Assembly: GCA_002387605.1 (NCBI GenBank)
Contig: DGJU01000046.1
Location: 24,892 to 86,799, forward strand
DNA: 61,908 nt
Source: Alphaproteobacteria bacterium UBA4588
Lineage (GTDB): Bacteria > Pseudomonadota > Alphaproteobacteria > Puniceispirillales > Puniceispirillaceae
Direction: 5' to 3'
The notes beneath the pieces are model-generated. The model ran no database searches. It saw only the letters and a program-made list of their open reading frames with translations, and was not told the origin of the DNA. The translations under genes and the position numbers were made by a program. Of this stretch, positions 32,619 to 42,149 are shown piece after piece; the stretch's first letter is position 1; each line of letters starts with the position of its first letter.

Positions 32619-32649
32619 TATCCTGCCTGCAGTTACTGCAGGCAGGATA
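32619..32649 (-). other. Perfect 14-bp stem / 3-nt loop hairpin just downstream of atpE
   Basis: TATCCTGCCTGCAG-tta-CTGCAGGCAGGATA lies 18 nt after the atpE stop. On the transcribed (-) strand no U-tract follows it. It is more likely an mRNA-stabilising or attenuating stem than a full terminator. Confidence 0.6.
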
Positions 32650-32666
32650 AATATTTTTGTCTCGCC

Positions 32667-32894
32667 TTAAAGGGCGAAAAGCATCAGAAGGGCAACAACA
32701 AGAGCAAACAGCGCAATAGCTTCTGTCAGCGCAAAGCCCAGAATTCCAATACCAAAAACCGAGTCACGTGCAGACGGGTTGCGCGCGATTGAGGTTACTA
32801 ATGATGAGAAGATATTCCCAATACCTAGGCCAACGCCCAATAGCGGTAATACAGCAATACCAGCACCAATCATTTTTGCAGCTTCGACGTCCAT
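32667..32894 (-). CDS. atpE: ATP synthase F0 subunit c
   Basis: 75 aa from ATG 32894 ([15 protein letters not shown]...) with GGAAGGA 7 nt upstream. It forms a two-helix hairpin with the ARNP loop and the carboxylate in LTEAIALF. The track ORF (92 aa) is over-extended. Confidence 0.92.
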   Translation of the reverse strand: MDVEAAKMIGAGIAVLPLLGVGLGIGNIFSSLVTSIARNPSARDSVFGIGILGFALTEAIALFALVVALLMLFAL

Positions 32895-32997
32895 CTCATA
32901 ATCCTTCCATGTCAAAAGAGAGTTCAGTTTCGTTTTAAGATGCAAGACTTCTTAGCGAAGAACTGACATCAGGTAAAAAAGGTTTCAAATCAAAAAA

Positions 32998-33741
32998 CTA
33001 GTGCAGATGTAGCGCGTCATTCAGATACATACAAGTCAAAATCGTGAACACATATGCTTGAAGAACAGCCACCAAAACCTCTAGTCCGGTTAAGCCAATT
33101 ATCGCAATAAGCGGCAGGACAGAACCAGCCGCAGCAACCCCGCCTGCGCTTGCTATCATAACAGCAAGACCAGCAAACACCTTCAGCATCGTATGGCCTG
33201 CCAACATATTGGCAAACAAACGAACAGACAGGCTAACGGGGCGAACAAAGTAGGAAATTACCTCGATGACGACGAGGAAAGGAATAAGAGCCTTTGGTGC
33301 GCCAGATGGCACAAAAAAGCTAAAGAAGTGAAAGCCGTGTTTCACAAGAGCTATCAACGTCACACCAACAAAAATGGCCAATGCCAGTGCAAAAGTCACC
33401 ACAATCTGGCTTGTTGTTGTATAGCTATAAGGAATAAGGCCGAGCAGGTTTGAGAACAGAACAAACATGAACAAGGTGAAAATTACTGGGAAATAAGGCC
33501 GGCCTTCATTTCCAACATTGCTGCGGACCATATCTGCAACAAACTCATACAGCATTTCGGCAAGTCCCTGCATGCGGCCCGGAATAAGGGCAGCTGGGCG
33601 AATGGCCAGCGCAAGAAATGCGATGCTTGCCAGTACGGTCAGAACCATAAACAGGCTTGAATTTGTGAAAGAAACGTCATAGCCAAAAAGATTCAGGGCA
33701 AAAAGAACCTTGATAGTAAACTGTTCAACCGGTGAATGCAC
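32998..33741 (-). CDS. atpB: ATP synthase F0 subunit a
   Basis: 247-aa polytopic protein with the conserved Arg region SLSVRLFANMLAGH. Confidence 0.92.
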   Translation of the reverse strand: MHSPVEQFTIKVLFALNLFGYDVSFTNSSLFMVLTVLASIAFLALAIRPAALIPGRMQGLAEMLYEFVADMVRSNVGNEGRPYFPVIFTLFMFVLFSNLLGLIPYSYTTTSQIVVTFALALAIFVGVTLIALVKHGFHFFSFFVPSGAPKALIPFLVVIEVISYFVRPVSLSVRLFANMLAGHTMLKVFAGLAVMIASAGGVAAAGSVLPLIAIIGLTGLEVLVAVLQAYVFTILTCMYLNDALHLH

Positions 33742-33761
33742 CTTCGTCCTCCTACGCGTTC

Positions 33762-34148
33762 TTACTCTGAGCTGTCTTTATTAGCTCTTGTCTCATAATC
33801 ATCAGAATATCCGGCTGCCATTCCGCGGCCCGATACTGCGCGCCAGACATTTACCATGCCTGCCACTGCTCCCAGAAAGAACATCACCACAAGCATAAGC
33901 GGCGATGTATCCAACCAGCGATCCAAAACCCATCCGCTTCCAGCGCCGACGATAAGTCCTGCAACAAGTTCGGATGAAACCCTGCCTGCTAACGCCATAC
34001 CGCCTTGAGGGATAGTGGCTTGCGGCGGAGTATCATCGGCGATGCGGTGTTTTTGTTCCAGATGAGAAATACGTTCAGATAAAGAAGAGCTAACAGTTGT
34101 GTTAGCCGCCGGTGTGGCGTTTTTATCTGGGGATTTTTCGTCTGCCAC
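33762..34148 (-). CDS. atpI: ATP synthase protein I (AtpI/AtpZ-like)
   Basis: Hydrophilic N-terminus followed by two TM helices (ELVAGLIVGAGSGWVLDRW ... LMLVVMFFLGAVAGMVNVW), immediately upstream of atpB. The preferred start is GTG 34148, with GGAG 5 nt upstream. The track ORF extends to a GTG at 34241, which would overlap the putative promoter. Confidence 0.65.
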   Translation of the reverse strand: MADEKSPDKNATPAANTTVSSSLSERISHLEQKHRIADDTPPQATIPQGGMALAGRVSSELVAGLIVGAGSGWVLDRWLDTSPLMLVVMFFLGAVAGMVNVWRAVSGRGMAAGYSDDYETRANKDSSE

Positions 34149-34239
34149 CTTTGCTCCGCTTCTGACATCCTTCTTGTCTAAAAGCTCCTGCGAGAAGAGG
34201 AAAAAAACCATCTCTCGAAAAAGCCTAAAAATCGAGGTC

Positions 34240-34269
34240 ACACTAGTGCCGACAGGCCGACTTTGTCAA
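34240..34269 (-). promoter_or_regulatory. Candidate sigma70-type promoter of the F0 operon
   Basis: On the - strand the sequence reads TTGACA-N18-TAGTGT, located between the smc stop and atpI. This rests on a sequence match only. Confidence 0.3.
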
Positions 34270-34356
34270 GTGATACTGCGTGCTACTGACCTGCGGCAAT
34301 GCCGCGCATCAAAATAAGGTGATGGACCGCCCTGATGAGCTGGAATTATGGCCTGA

Positions 34357-37300
34357 TTAGGCCTGACCCATAACAGGGTCACGCATTTCTTCGGCGGTTT
34401 GCAGATCAACAGAAACAAGGCGGCTGATTCCCTTTTGTTCCATGGTTACGCCAAAAAGCCTATCCATGCGTGCCATCGTCATTCGGTGATGCGTGACAAC
34501 AAGGAAACGTGTTTGGGTCCGCTGGGCAATATCGCGCAGTAAATCGCAGAAACGCGCAACATTACTGTCATCCAGCGGTGCATCAACCTCATCTAGAATA
34601 CAGATAGGGGCTGGGTTGGTTAAGAAAACAGCAAAGATGATTGCCAACGCTGTCAGGGCTTGCTCGCCTCCGGATAGCAGAGAGAGGGACTGCATTTTTT
34701 TGCCAGGAGGGCTTGCCAGAATTTCAATACCAGCAAGTAAGGGGTCATCAGACTCTGTCAGCCGTAATTCTGCGTGACCGCCGCCAAATAATGTTTTGAA
34801 GAGTTCAGTGAAATATTTATTCACATCATTGAAGCTTGCAAGTAATCGTGTACGACCTTCCTTATTGAGAGTCGCGATAGCACTGCGCAGCTTGGCAACG
34901 GCCTCAATAAGGTCATCTTTTTCGGTCTGCATTTCTGTAACGCGGCTATCAATCTCTGCCATTTCAATTTCAGCACGCAGATTAACAGGTCCAATCTGGT
35001 CCCGCTCATTATGCAGGCGCGTCACCCGTGCCTCTAGCGTATCAATTGGCTCTTCAGACGCGCCTTCTTTAAGGCCAGCTATCTCATCAAGCTGGGCAGG
35101 CGCGCAGTTAAGTTTCTCAGCAATCCGGTCTCTGATGACTTCAAGGTCAGCCTCGCATTTCTCGCGTGCGCCCTCTGCACGAATGCCAGTTTCCCTGGCA
35201 GTGCTAAGCAGGCGTTCGGACTCGCGCTGGCTTGTGGTAAGTGTTTGCGTTTTTTCCTCAGCACTTCGCAAAGCATCTGCTTTTTCCTGCCGTGATATTT
35301 CTGCTGCCTCTTGCAGTGTTGTCACTTTATCCTGCTCACCCTTAATCAGAGCAGGGCGCTGGCTTAAGGTATCCATTTCCTGCTGAGCAGCAGTGCGGCG
35401 CGCGGTCATCTCAGAGCGTCGTTGAGCGGTTTGCGATAGGCGGGTCTGCCAGTCTTGCTGTTGGCGCGCTATATCTATCTTGCGGGCTGTTGCGGTATGA
35501 ATGGCTTGTGCGAGCTCGGCTTCGCTGGAGGCAGCACTATCAAGTGCGCCCCTGCAGGCGCGCGCAGTATTTTCACAATCTTCAAGCTGTTGGTCTAATG
35601 CTGATATATCATCATCAGTTTGCACCTCACCCATCAGCGCGGTGCGATCCTGCAAGGCATCGCTGCGGATTTGCTGCAAATCGACTTCGCGGGTGCGGGC
35701 ATTTTGCAGGGCTGCAACAGCCTGTTCAGCGCGGCGTCTGGCATCTGTCTCTTCATTTTGCAGACGCTTAACAGCCTCAAGAAGGCTGGCGCGCTCGCCC
35801 CGTGTCTCACGGCAGAGATCTTCACTGCTTTGCAAGGCATTTTCTGTTGTGGTACGAGTTGCTGTTGTTGTGCCAAGTTCTTCGGTAAGCTCTTGGACGC
35901 GCTGACGTTGGCGAATGCGTTCTGCATCAGACGCTGCCTGAGCTGTTTTTACCAGACCATCCCAGCGCCATAATGTGCCATCGCGGCTAACAAGAGCCTG
36001 CCCGGGGGCAAGCTGATTTTGTAGGCTGGCCCCGTCATGATCATCAACAACTGCAACCCCGCTAATGGCACGAAGCAATGTCTCATTGCCGCTCACAAAT
36101 TGAGATAGGGGTGTGCCGACCTTAGGAGCTGTCATTTGTGATGCGGTAAATCCATCACGCCAGAACCCTTTATCGGAGGGTGTGTATGACAAGGAAAGCT
36201 CGCCTGCAAAACAGAGCGATAGCGCAAGTTCCATCCTGTCCGAAACCGCTACTAAGTCAGACATGGGCGTGCCTATCTGGCTGTCTGATTCAGACAAAAG
36301 ATAACTCAACGCATCTAGCTCTGCTGTGAGGCGGGTGACAATCGCATCAGCATCTCTGAAGCGGGTAAGGTCTTCCTCACGGGCAATATCTGCTGCATTA
36401 AGGGCGGCCTCACAAGCATCAAAGGCTGTGTTGGCATCGCGGGCAGCACGTTCAGCATCATCCCGGCGTTCACTGGCTTCATAGCCTTCGGTCTCTCGCT
36501 GGCTGATATTCAGGCCGGCGAGGTCTGTCTCAGTTCGGGCAATCCGCTCTGCTAGCTGGGTGTCTTGTGCGCGTCTGCTCTCGCGGGCGGCCTGAACAGC
36601 AAGCCGTTTTGCTCGCAAAGTAGCGGCCGCAGTATCTGCTGCCGCACTTTTACTGCGCGCGGCCTCTAACGCCTGACGGGCATCATCAAGTCGCGGGCCG
36701 TTAAGACTAACAGCCTCTTCCTGCGCTTTTAGCTCATCTGCAAGCCCGTCTAGGGCTGTGCTGGCATCGCCATGCAGGGTGTCTTCGCGCACCGCATCGG
36801 CATCGATTTGAGCAAGCTGTGATGTCAGCCGTTGCTGGGTTGATGCTATCTGTGCCAGTTCGCGTTCATAATCGCGCAAGGTAAGGGTAAATTTCTGGAC
36901 TTCTGCTGCCTGTGCCGCTTCGGCGTCTCTTAAGGCGGGAAGGGTAGCGGCGGCTGTTGCAAGCTGGATGGCAATCGCAGCGTTGTTGCGGGTGGCGGTC
37001 TCTATTTCCTGTCGGCAGACAGAATCTCGTTTTTTGGCTTCATCAGATGCCGCGCGCGCAATATACCAGCGGGCCCGCAATAATTGAGCCTCTGCTGTGC
37101 GAATTCTATCTGCAACCGAGCGGTAGCGTGCGGCTTGGCGTGCTTGCTTTGCCAGTTGGGCACGCTGTTCTGATAATTGCTGGATAATATCATCAAGGCG
37201 TTCAAGGTTAGTTTCTGTGCCGCGAAGCTTTAGTTCGGCATCGCGTTTGCGCTGGTGCAATCCTTTGATATTGGCAGCCTCTTCAATCAGACTGCGTCTG

Positions 37301-37776
37301 TCTTCGGGTTTTGCTCCGACAATTGCGCCGATTCGCCCTTGTGAGACAATGCCAGCTGAGCGGGCGCCAGACGCTGTGTCAGCAAACAGAAGCTGAACAT
37401 CTTTGGCACGGGCAGGCCGCCCATTAATCAGATAGCTGGACCCTTTGCCGCGTTGAACTTTACGAATAATTTCAAGTTCGTCGGCATTGTTGAAGTCTGC
37501 CGGCGCTGTTCTGTTGCTGTTATCAAGTTTTAGCAATATTTCTGCAAGATTACGCGCTGGCCTATTTTCGGTGCCGGCAAAAATAATATCATCCATTTCC
37601 GTGCCACGCATCTGGCGGGCAGAACTTTCCCCCATGATCCAGCGCATCGCTTCGACAATATTAGATTTCCCACACCCATTCGGTCCGACAATACCCGTCA
37701 GACCGGGATCGATGTCTATTTCCACCTTTTCGGCGAAGGATTTAAATCCTGCCATTGTCAGGTTGCGGAAAATCAT
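34357..37776 (-). CDS. smc: Chromosome segregation protein SMC
   Basis: 1139 aa. Features are an N-terminal Walker A GPNGCGKSN, long Ala/Glu/Arg/Gln-rich coiled coils with a central hinge, a C-terminal signature LSGGEQ, and Walker B ILDEVDAPLD. Confidence 0.95.
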   Translation of the reverse strand: MIFRNLTMAGFKSFAEKVEIDIDPGLTGIVGPNGCGKSNIVEAMRWIMGESSARQMRGTEMDDIIFAGTENRPARNLAEILLKLDNSNRTAPADFNNADELEIIRKVQRGKGSSYLINGRPARAKDVQLLFADTASGARSAGIVSQGRIGAIVGAKPEDRRSLIEEAANIKGLHQRKRDAELKLRGTETNLERLDDIIQQLSEQRAQLAKQARQAARYRSVADRIRTAEAQLLRARWYIARAASDEAKKRDSVCRQEIETATRNNAAIAIQLATAAATLPALRDAEAAQAAEVQKFTLTLRDYERELAQIASTQQRLTSQLAQIDADAVREDTLHGDASTALDGLADELKAQEEAVSLNGPRLDDARQALEAARSKSAAADTAAATLRAKRLAVQAARESRRAQDTQLAERIARTETDLAGLNISQRETEGYEASERRDDAERAARDANTAFDACEAALNAADIAREEDLTRFRDADAIVTRLTAELDALSYLLSESDSQIGTPMSDLVAVSDRMELALSLCFAGELSLSYTPSDKGFWRDGFTASQMTAPKVGTPLSQFVSGNETLLRAISGVAVVDDHDGASLQNQLAPGQALVSRDGTLWRWDGLVKTAQAASDAERIRQRQRVQELTEELGTTTATRTTTENALQSSEDLCRETRGERASLLEAVKRLQNEETDARRRAEQAVAALQNARTREVDLQQIRSDALQDRTALMGEVQTDDDISALDQQLEDCENTARACRGALDSAASSEAELAQAIHTATARKIDIARQQQDWQTRLSQTAQRRSEMTARRTAAQQEMDTLSQRPALIKGEQDKVTTLQEAAEISRQEKADALRSAEEKTQTLTTSQRESERLLSTARETGIRAEGAREKCEADLEVIRDRIAEKLNCAPAQLDEIAGLKEGASEEPIDTLEARVTRLHNERDQIGPVNLRAEIEMAEIDSRVTEMQTEKDDLIEAVAKLRSAIATLNKEGRTRLLASFNDVNKYFTELFKTLFGGGHAELRLTESDDPLLAGIEILASPPGKKMQSLSLLSGGEQALTALAIIFAVFLTNPAPICILDEVDAPLDDSNVARFCDLLRDIAQRTQTRFLVVTHHRMTMARMDRLFGVTMEQKGISRLVSVDLQTAEEMRDPVMGQA

Positions 37777-37849
37777 TACAGCGGGTCCTTAAACATTAAC
37801 CGTGCCCGTGCCTTACAGCATTCGAACAGCCTTTGCCTAGCATGGTAGA

Positions 37850-38512
37850 TTATAATCCTGCCTTATTCACTTCAGCCAGAAACGAATCATAATCAAGAGC
37901 GCCGCTGAAACTTGTATCATCATTCACAACAAAGCTTGGCGTAGAACTTATTTTGAAATCACTGACAGCTTGCTGACGAATATCAACCAAAGCCTCTAGA
38001 AATGGTCTGTCGCTCATAATCATATCGAAATCAGAGGCTGAAATACCGGCAAGACGTGCATAGTTTTTGAGGCTGGCGATAGGATCGTCCGCGCCAATCC
38101 AGTTTTTTTGCTGACCAAGAAGCGTGCTGACCATTCTGAAATAGCTTTTTTCTGGCAAGGCGCGACATAAGGCATGCGCCCGCAAGGCAAGACCATCAAG
38201 CGGGAACGGCCGAAGCTCAAAACGAATACGGCCTGTATCGACCAGCTCAGCAATAACACGGGGGTAGGTCTTTTCATGAAATTTAGCGCAATGACCACAG
38301 GTCATAGAAAAATATTCTGCGATGGTAATGCCGGCATCATCTGAACCAATGACCCGCGGCGCGCGCGCCTGTTCAGGTGACAGAATAATGCTGGCGGCCT
38401 GTGCGCCAAATGGCACCGCATAGCTTGCCGCCAGTGAGGCAGCGCCTGCCAGAACAGTGCGGCGTGGAAGAGATTTAATACCAGTAAAGTGAGTGGGCTT
38501 AACAGACATCAC
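37850..38512 (-). CDS. DsbA family thiol:disulfide oxidoreductase (periplasmic; Tat-like RR signal)
   Basis: 220 aa with an LPRRTVLAGAASLAA signal and a CGHC active site. Confidence 0.85.
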   Translation of the reverse strand: MMSVKPTHFTGIKSLPRRTVLAGAASLAASYAVPFGAQAASIILSPEQARAPRVIGSDDAGITIAEYFSMTCGHCAKFHEKTYPRVIAELVDTGRIRFELRPFPLDGLALRAHALCRALPEKSYFRMVSTLLGQQKNWIGADDPIASLKNYARLAGISASDFDMIMSDRPFLEALVDIRQQAVSDFKISSTPSFVVNDDTSFSGALDYDSFLAEVNKAGL

Positions 38513-38635
38513 ATATTCCTCAGATTTAAGGCAGACAAGCCAGAAGACCCATCTATCACATTGTGCTATTCAATAGCATTAGAAATTTCATTATCGCAAA
38601 GCAGACAGGTACTTTTCAAGAGACTTTTTTAGGGC

Positions 38636-39166
38636 TTATTTTCGCAGCGCCTTTCCCAGCTTAATAAGCGAGGCGCGAACAGCAGGACTTTGTATCTTGG
38701 TCGTCATATTATCTAGTCTGTCAGGCGCAAATACAGCCTCCTGATCTGCGTGTGATAATTCATCAGACAGCGCAGGCCCGCCTACACCGCGCCCCTTTGT
38801 AAGCCGCGTTTCTGCCAAGTCCTGACGAACTTTGATTCGGGCAACAGCCTGATAGCCATAACGGGCATTGATAGCTTCGCATAAGAGGGCTGACTGGGAA
38901 ATAGCTTCTGGGCCGCGGCCACTTCGAATTGAGAGCGTTAAGGTTGCCTTTGCTGTTGTTCCGCGCGGGAAGGTGAGGTCAACAGGCAGCGACCAGTCAG
39001 CTGCTGGTCCGGCTATCTGAGGCCAGTGCAGGATAATTTTCGAGAGTGAAAAGCCGCGCTTCCGAAGAGCCGGGCTTATCAATTTGTCAGATAATGACGA
39101 TAATTTGCGCAAAGAACGACCGCGTTTTAACGGCGTTTTAACTCTGGTCATGTGCGGTATCTCCAC
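38636..39166 (-). CDS. DUF721 domain protein (DciA-like)
   Basis: 176 aa with a basic N-terminus followed by a WPQIAGP... segment typical of DUF721. It is divergent from mutY, a recurrent alphaproteobacterial arrangement. The assignment is from memory of the family, not an HMM hit. Confidence 0.6.
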   Translation of the reverse strand: MEIPHMTRVKTPLKRGRSLRKLSSLSDKLISPALRKRGFSLSKIILHWPQIAGPAADWSLPVDLTFPRGTTAKATLTLSIRSGRGPEAISQSALLCEAINARYGYQAVARIKVRQDLAETRLTKGRGVGGPALSDELSHADQEAVFAPDRLDNMTTKIQSPAVRASLIKLGKALRK

Positions 39167-39269
39167 ATTTTCCCATGATAGCTCGGCTTAATTCACTTTA
39201 CCCGCCTTACATTTCCTATAAATAAAGGAAACATCACAAACAGTCTATGCCGCTAGCTAAGGAAGCCTT

Positions 39270-40373
39270 ATGGCACTATCATCGCAGCACAAAAAGAGCC
39301 TGGCAAAGACAGCAGAGAGCAGAATTCTGCCTCTGGCTGCGTCGGCGCCCTTGCTATCAGATAATTTGTTTCGATGGTATGCCGATAAAGGGCGGCATCT
39401 TGCGTGGCGCGCCCGCTGGCCGGAACTCACGCCAGCCTATCATGTGTTTCTGTCTGAATTAATGCTACAGCAGACAGTTGTTGCAACTGTGGTGCCGTAT
39501 TTTCTCCGATTTTGTAAACGCTGGCCTGACATTCATGCTCTGGCACGCGCACCGCTGGATGATGTGCTCATCGAATGGGCAGGGCTTGGCTATTATGCGC
39601 GCGCCCGCAATCTGCATAAAGCAGCACAGCTTATTTCCAGCGAATATGATGGCATCTTTCCAGATGATTATGAGACATTACAGACACTGCCGGGGATAGG
39701 GCCTTATACTGCCGGCGCTATTGCTGCGATTGCGTTTGATAAACCTGCTATCGTTATTGATGGTAATATTGAGCGGGTGCTGATGCGTCTGATGGGCTTG
39801 AAGGTGCAAGTAGCAGAGGTAAAGTCGGTTTTGCGAACTGCCTATGCGCAGATTATTCCTACAACAAATCGGTCTGATTTTCCGCAAGCCTTGATGGATA
39901 TTGGGGCCTCTATCTGCCTGCCTAAAAACCCGCGATGTGCTGATTGTCCGCTGAAAGCACAGTGCCGGGCTGATAAGGACGGGATGGCAGCTGATATTCC
40001 GGTAAAGCCTGTAAAGATAGCAAAGCCGGTTAGAACTGGGGCTGTTTATATTCTAACAGCACCGGATGGCCTTGTGATGATGTATCGCCGCCCCCAGCGC
40101 GGGCTTTTGGGGGGGATGTTGTCTTTTCCGTCTGCAGGCTGGGATAAATCAGCTTTAGCAGCGCCCCAGATAGAGGGTCTTGAGGATATTGTCTGGCAGA
40201 AAAGCCAGAGGGTTATCCGCCATGTTTTTACTCATTTTACAGCAGAAATGAGCGTCTATTCTGCTGCAGCGCAGCCTTCATTTATGCCGCCTGAACCTTA
40301 TGACTGGCACCGGCCTATTGCTGATGACTGGCCACGATTAATGGCGAAATGCTTTCTTGATATCAGCTCTTAA
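39270..40373 (+). CDS. mutY: A/G-specific adenine DNA glycosylase
   Basis: 367 aa with a helix-hairpin-helix LPGIGPYTAGAI, a 4Fe-4S loop C-X6-C-X2-C-X5-C (CLPKNPRCADCPLKAQC), and a C-terminal NUDIX-like domain. Confidence 0.92.
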   Translation: MALSSQHKKSLAKTAESRILPLAASAPLLSDNLFRWYADKGRHLAWRARWPELTPAYHVFLSELMLQQTVVATVVPYFLRFCKRWPDIHALARAPLDDVLIEWAGLGYYARARNLHKAAQLISSEYDGIFPDDYETLQTLPGIGPYTAGAIAAIAFDKPAIVIDGNIERVLMRLMGLKVQVAEVKSVLRTAYAQIIPTTNRSDFPQALMDIGASICLPKNPRCADCPLKAQCRADKDGMAADIPVKPVKIAKPVRTGAVYILTAPDGLVMMYRRPQRGLLGGMLSFPSAGWDKSALAAPQIEGLEDIVWQKSQRVIRHVFTHFTAEMSVYSAAAQPSFMPPEPYDWHRPIADDWPRLMAKCFLDISS

Positions 40374-40376
40374 GGC

Positions 40377-41972
40377 TTAGTGATTAAAGTGACGTTGTCC
40401 TGTAAAGCCCATCACGATACCTGCCTCATCTGCCGCAGCAATAACTTCCTCATCCCGCATCGAGCCACCTGGCTGAATAACCGCCCGCGCGCCGGCATCA
40501 ATGGCAGTCAGCAAGCCATCAGCAAACGGAAAGAACGCATCAGAGGCAACAACTGAGCCAATTGTGCGCGGGGCATCCCAGCCATGATGAGCTGCCATAT
40601 CAGCTGCTTTTTGCGCTGCAATCCGGCAGGAATCCACCCGGCTCATCTGGCCAGCGCCAATGCCAGCTGAAATGCCGTCTTTTACATAGACGATGGCATT
40701 TGATTTTACATGTTTGGCAATTTTCCATGCCATCATCATATCATCAACTTGGGCAGCACTTGGCTGTGCTTTGGTCACAATTTTCATCTCATCAGCGGTA
40801 AAGCCTTTGGTGTCGGCATCCTGCACAAGATAACCGCCCAGAATGGATTTTACAGCTACAGCCGGTGTTTCCGGGTTCGGCATACTGCCTGTTAAGAGCA
40901 GTCGTAGATTCTGTTTTTTTGCTAAAATTTCTATAGCTTCATCCGTAGCTTCAGGTGCAATCACGACTTCAGTAAAGAGCGCGGCAATTTCACGTGCGAC
41001 ATCAGCATCAAGTATCCGGTTGCAGGCAATAATACCGCCAAAGGCACTGACGGGGTCTGCTGCCAGCGCATCATGCCATGCCCCAACAAGCGAGCTATTG
41101 CTGGCAACACCGCAGGGGTTTGCATGTTTAATAATTGCAATTGTCGGCGCATCAAATTCTGCAACGAGTTTCAGTGCAGCATCTGTATCATTGATATTAT
41201 TATAGGAAAGAGGCTTTCCTTGGCGTTGAGTTGCGCTCACAACCGACGGGCCATTCTGTCCGCTTTGGTAGATAGCAGCTGATTGATGCGGGTTTTCGCC
41301 ATACCGTAAGACAGCATTTCTGCTCCCTGTCAGCATAAGGTTTGGCGCAAACATAGTTGTGCCAGCATCGGTTGTCTGAGCTGTCAGCCAGTCGGTTATC
41401 ATTTTATCATAGGCAGATGTTCGCGCAAAAGCCTTAGCCGCATATCGGCGCCGCATTTCAGCGCTGACAGTTCCGCCAGCATCCAATGCATCTGCAATTT
41501 CATCATAATCAGACGGGTCTGTAACAACTGTCACAAAAGGATGGTTCTTGGCAGCCGCGCGTATCATTGCCGGACCACCAATATCAATATTTTCAACGGC
41601 TGTTTCGAAATCAGCCCCGCGCGCAATTGTGTCAGCAAACGGATAGAGATTAACCACAAGCATATCAATTTCACCAATGCCATGCTCTTCAAGCGCGGCA
41701 AGATGCTCTGGCTTGTCACGCCGAGCTAGCACACCGCCATGAATGGCAGGATGTAATGTTTTTACCCGCCCATCCATAATCTCAGGAAAGCCTGTTACCT
41801 CGGAGACGTCGGTTACATCGCACCCAGCATCACGCAAAAGACGGGCCGTTCCGCCTGTCGAGAGGAGCCTGATGCCTGCCATGCTGAGACGCTTGGCAAA
41901 AGGTTCAATTCCGGTTTTGTCGGAAACAGAAATCAGAGCTGTTTTAATCTGGCGCGGGCCGACATCAAACAT
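40377..41972 (-). CDS. purH: Bifunctional AICAR transformylase / IMP cyclohydrolase
   Basis: 531 aa with an MGS-like N-domain ([10 protein letters not shown]) and a conserved C-terminal transformylase domain ending in RHFNH. Its stop lies 3 nt from the mutY stop. Confidence 0.95.
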   Translation of the reverse strand: MFDVGPRQIKTALISVSDKTGIEPFAKRLSMAGIRLLSTGGTARLLRDAGCDVTDVSEVTGFPEIMDGRVKTLHPAIHGGVLARRDKPEHLAALEEHGIGEIDMLVVNLYPFADTIARGADFETAVENIDIGGPAMIRAAAKNHPFVTVVTDPSDYDEIADALDAGGTVSAEMRRRYAAKAFARTSAYDKMITDWLTAQTTDAGTTMFAPNLMLTGSRNAVLRYGENPHQSAAIYQSGQNGPSVVSATQRQGKPLSYNNINDTDAALKLVAEFDAPTIAIIKHANPCGVASNSSLVGAWHDALAADPVSAFGGIIACNRILDADVAREIAALFTEVVIAPEATDEAIEILAKKQNLRLLLTGSMPNPETPAVAVKSILGGYLVQDADTKGFTADEMKIVTKAQPSAAQVDDMMMAWKIAKHVKSNAIVYVKDGISAGIGAGQMSRVDSCRIAAQKAADMAAHHGWDAPRTIGSVVASDAFFPFADGLLTAIDAGARAVIQPGGSMRDEEVIAAADEAGIVMGFTGQRHFNH

Positions 41973-42149
41973 TGATAAAGAACTCCTTAGTGAATAGGTT
42001 TATTTATCCCCCGATCAGGCAGCGTGGGGTCAGGTAGTGTGGTGTAGACCATCATGCTATAGCGCTGACAGGGATAAGGTATGGCAGGTTATGGACCAAA
42101 ACAGGCTTAGATAACAAGCTGTGAATTTGCCGCAGTTAGATTGCCTCAG

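Noticed and set aside
32157-32792. 211-aa + strand ORF spanning the atpF'-atpE spacer
   Set aside because: It overlaps two well-supported - strand atp genes, has a low-complexity Ser/Arg/Cys/Gln-rich translation, and has no Shine-Dalgarno sequence. Its apparent length comes from the stop-poor antisense of Ala/Glu/Lys-rich coding sequence.
34493-37792. A dozen 60-196 aa ORFs on both strands inside smc (for example 34796-35386 + and 35501-35905 +)
   Set aside because: All are nested in the 1139-aa SMC frame, which has head-domain motifs at both ends. Their sequences are Ser/Arg/Ala-rich repeats that mirror the coiled-coil codons. They have no independent start signals.
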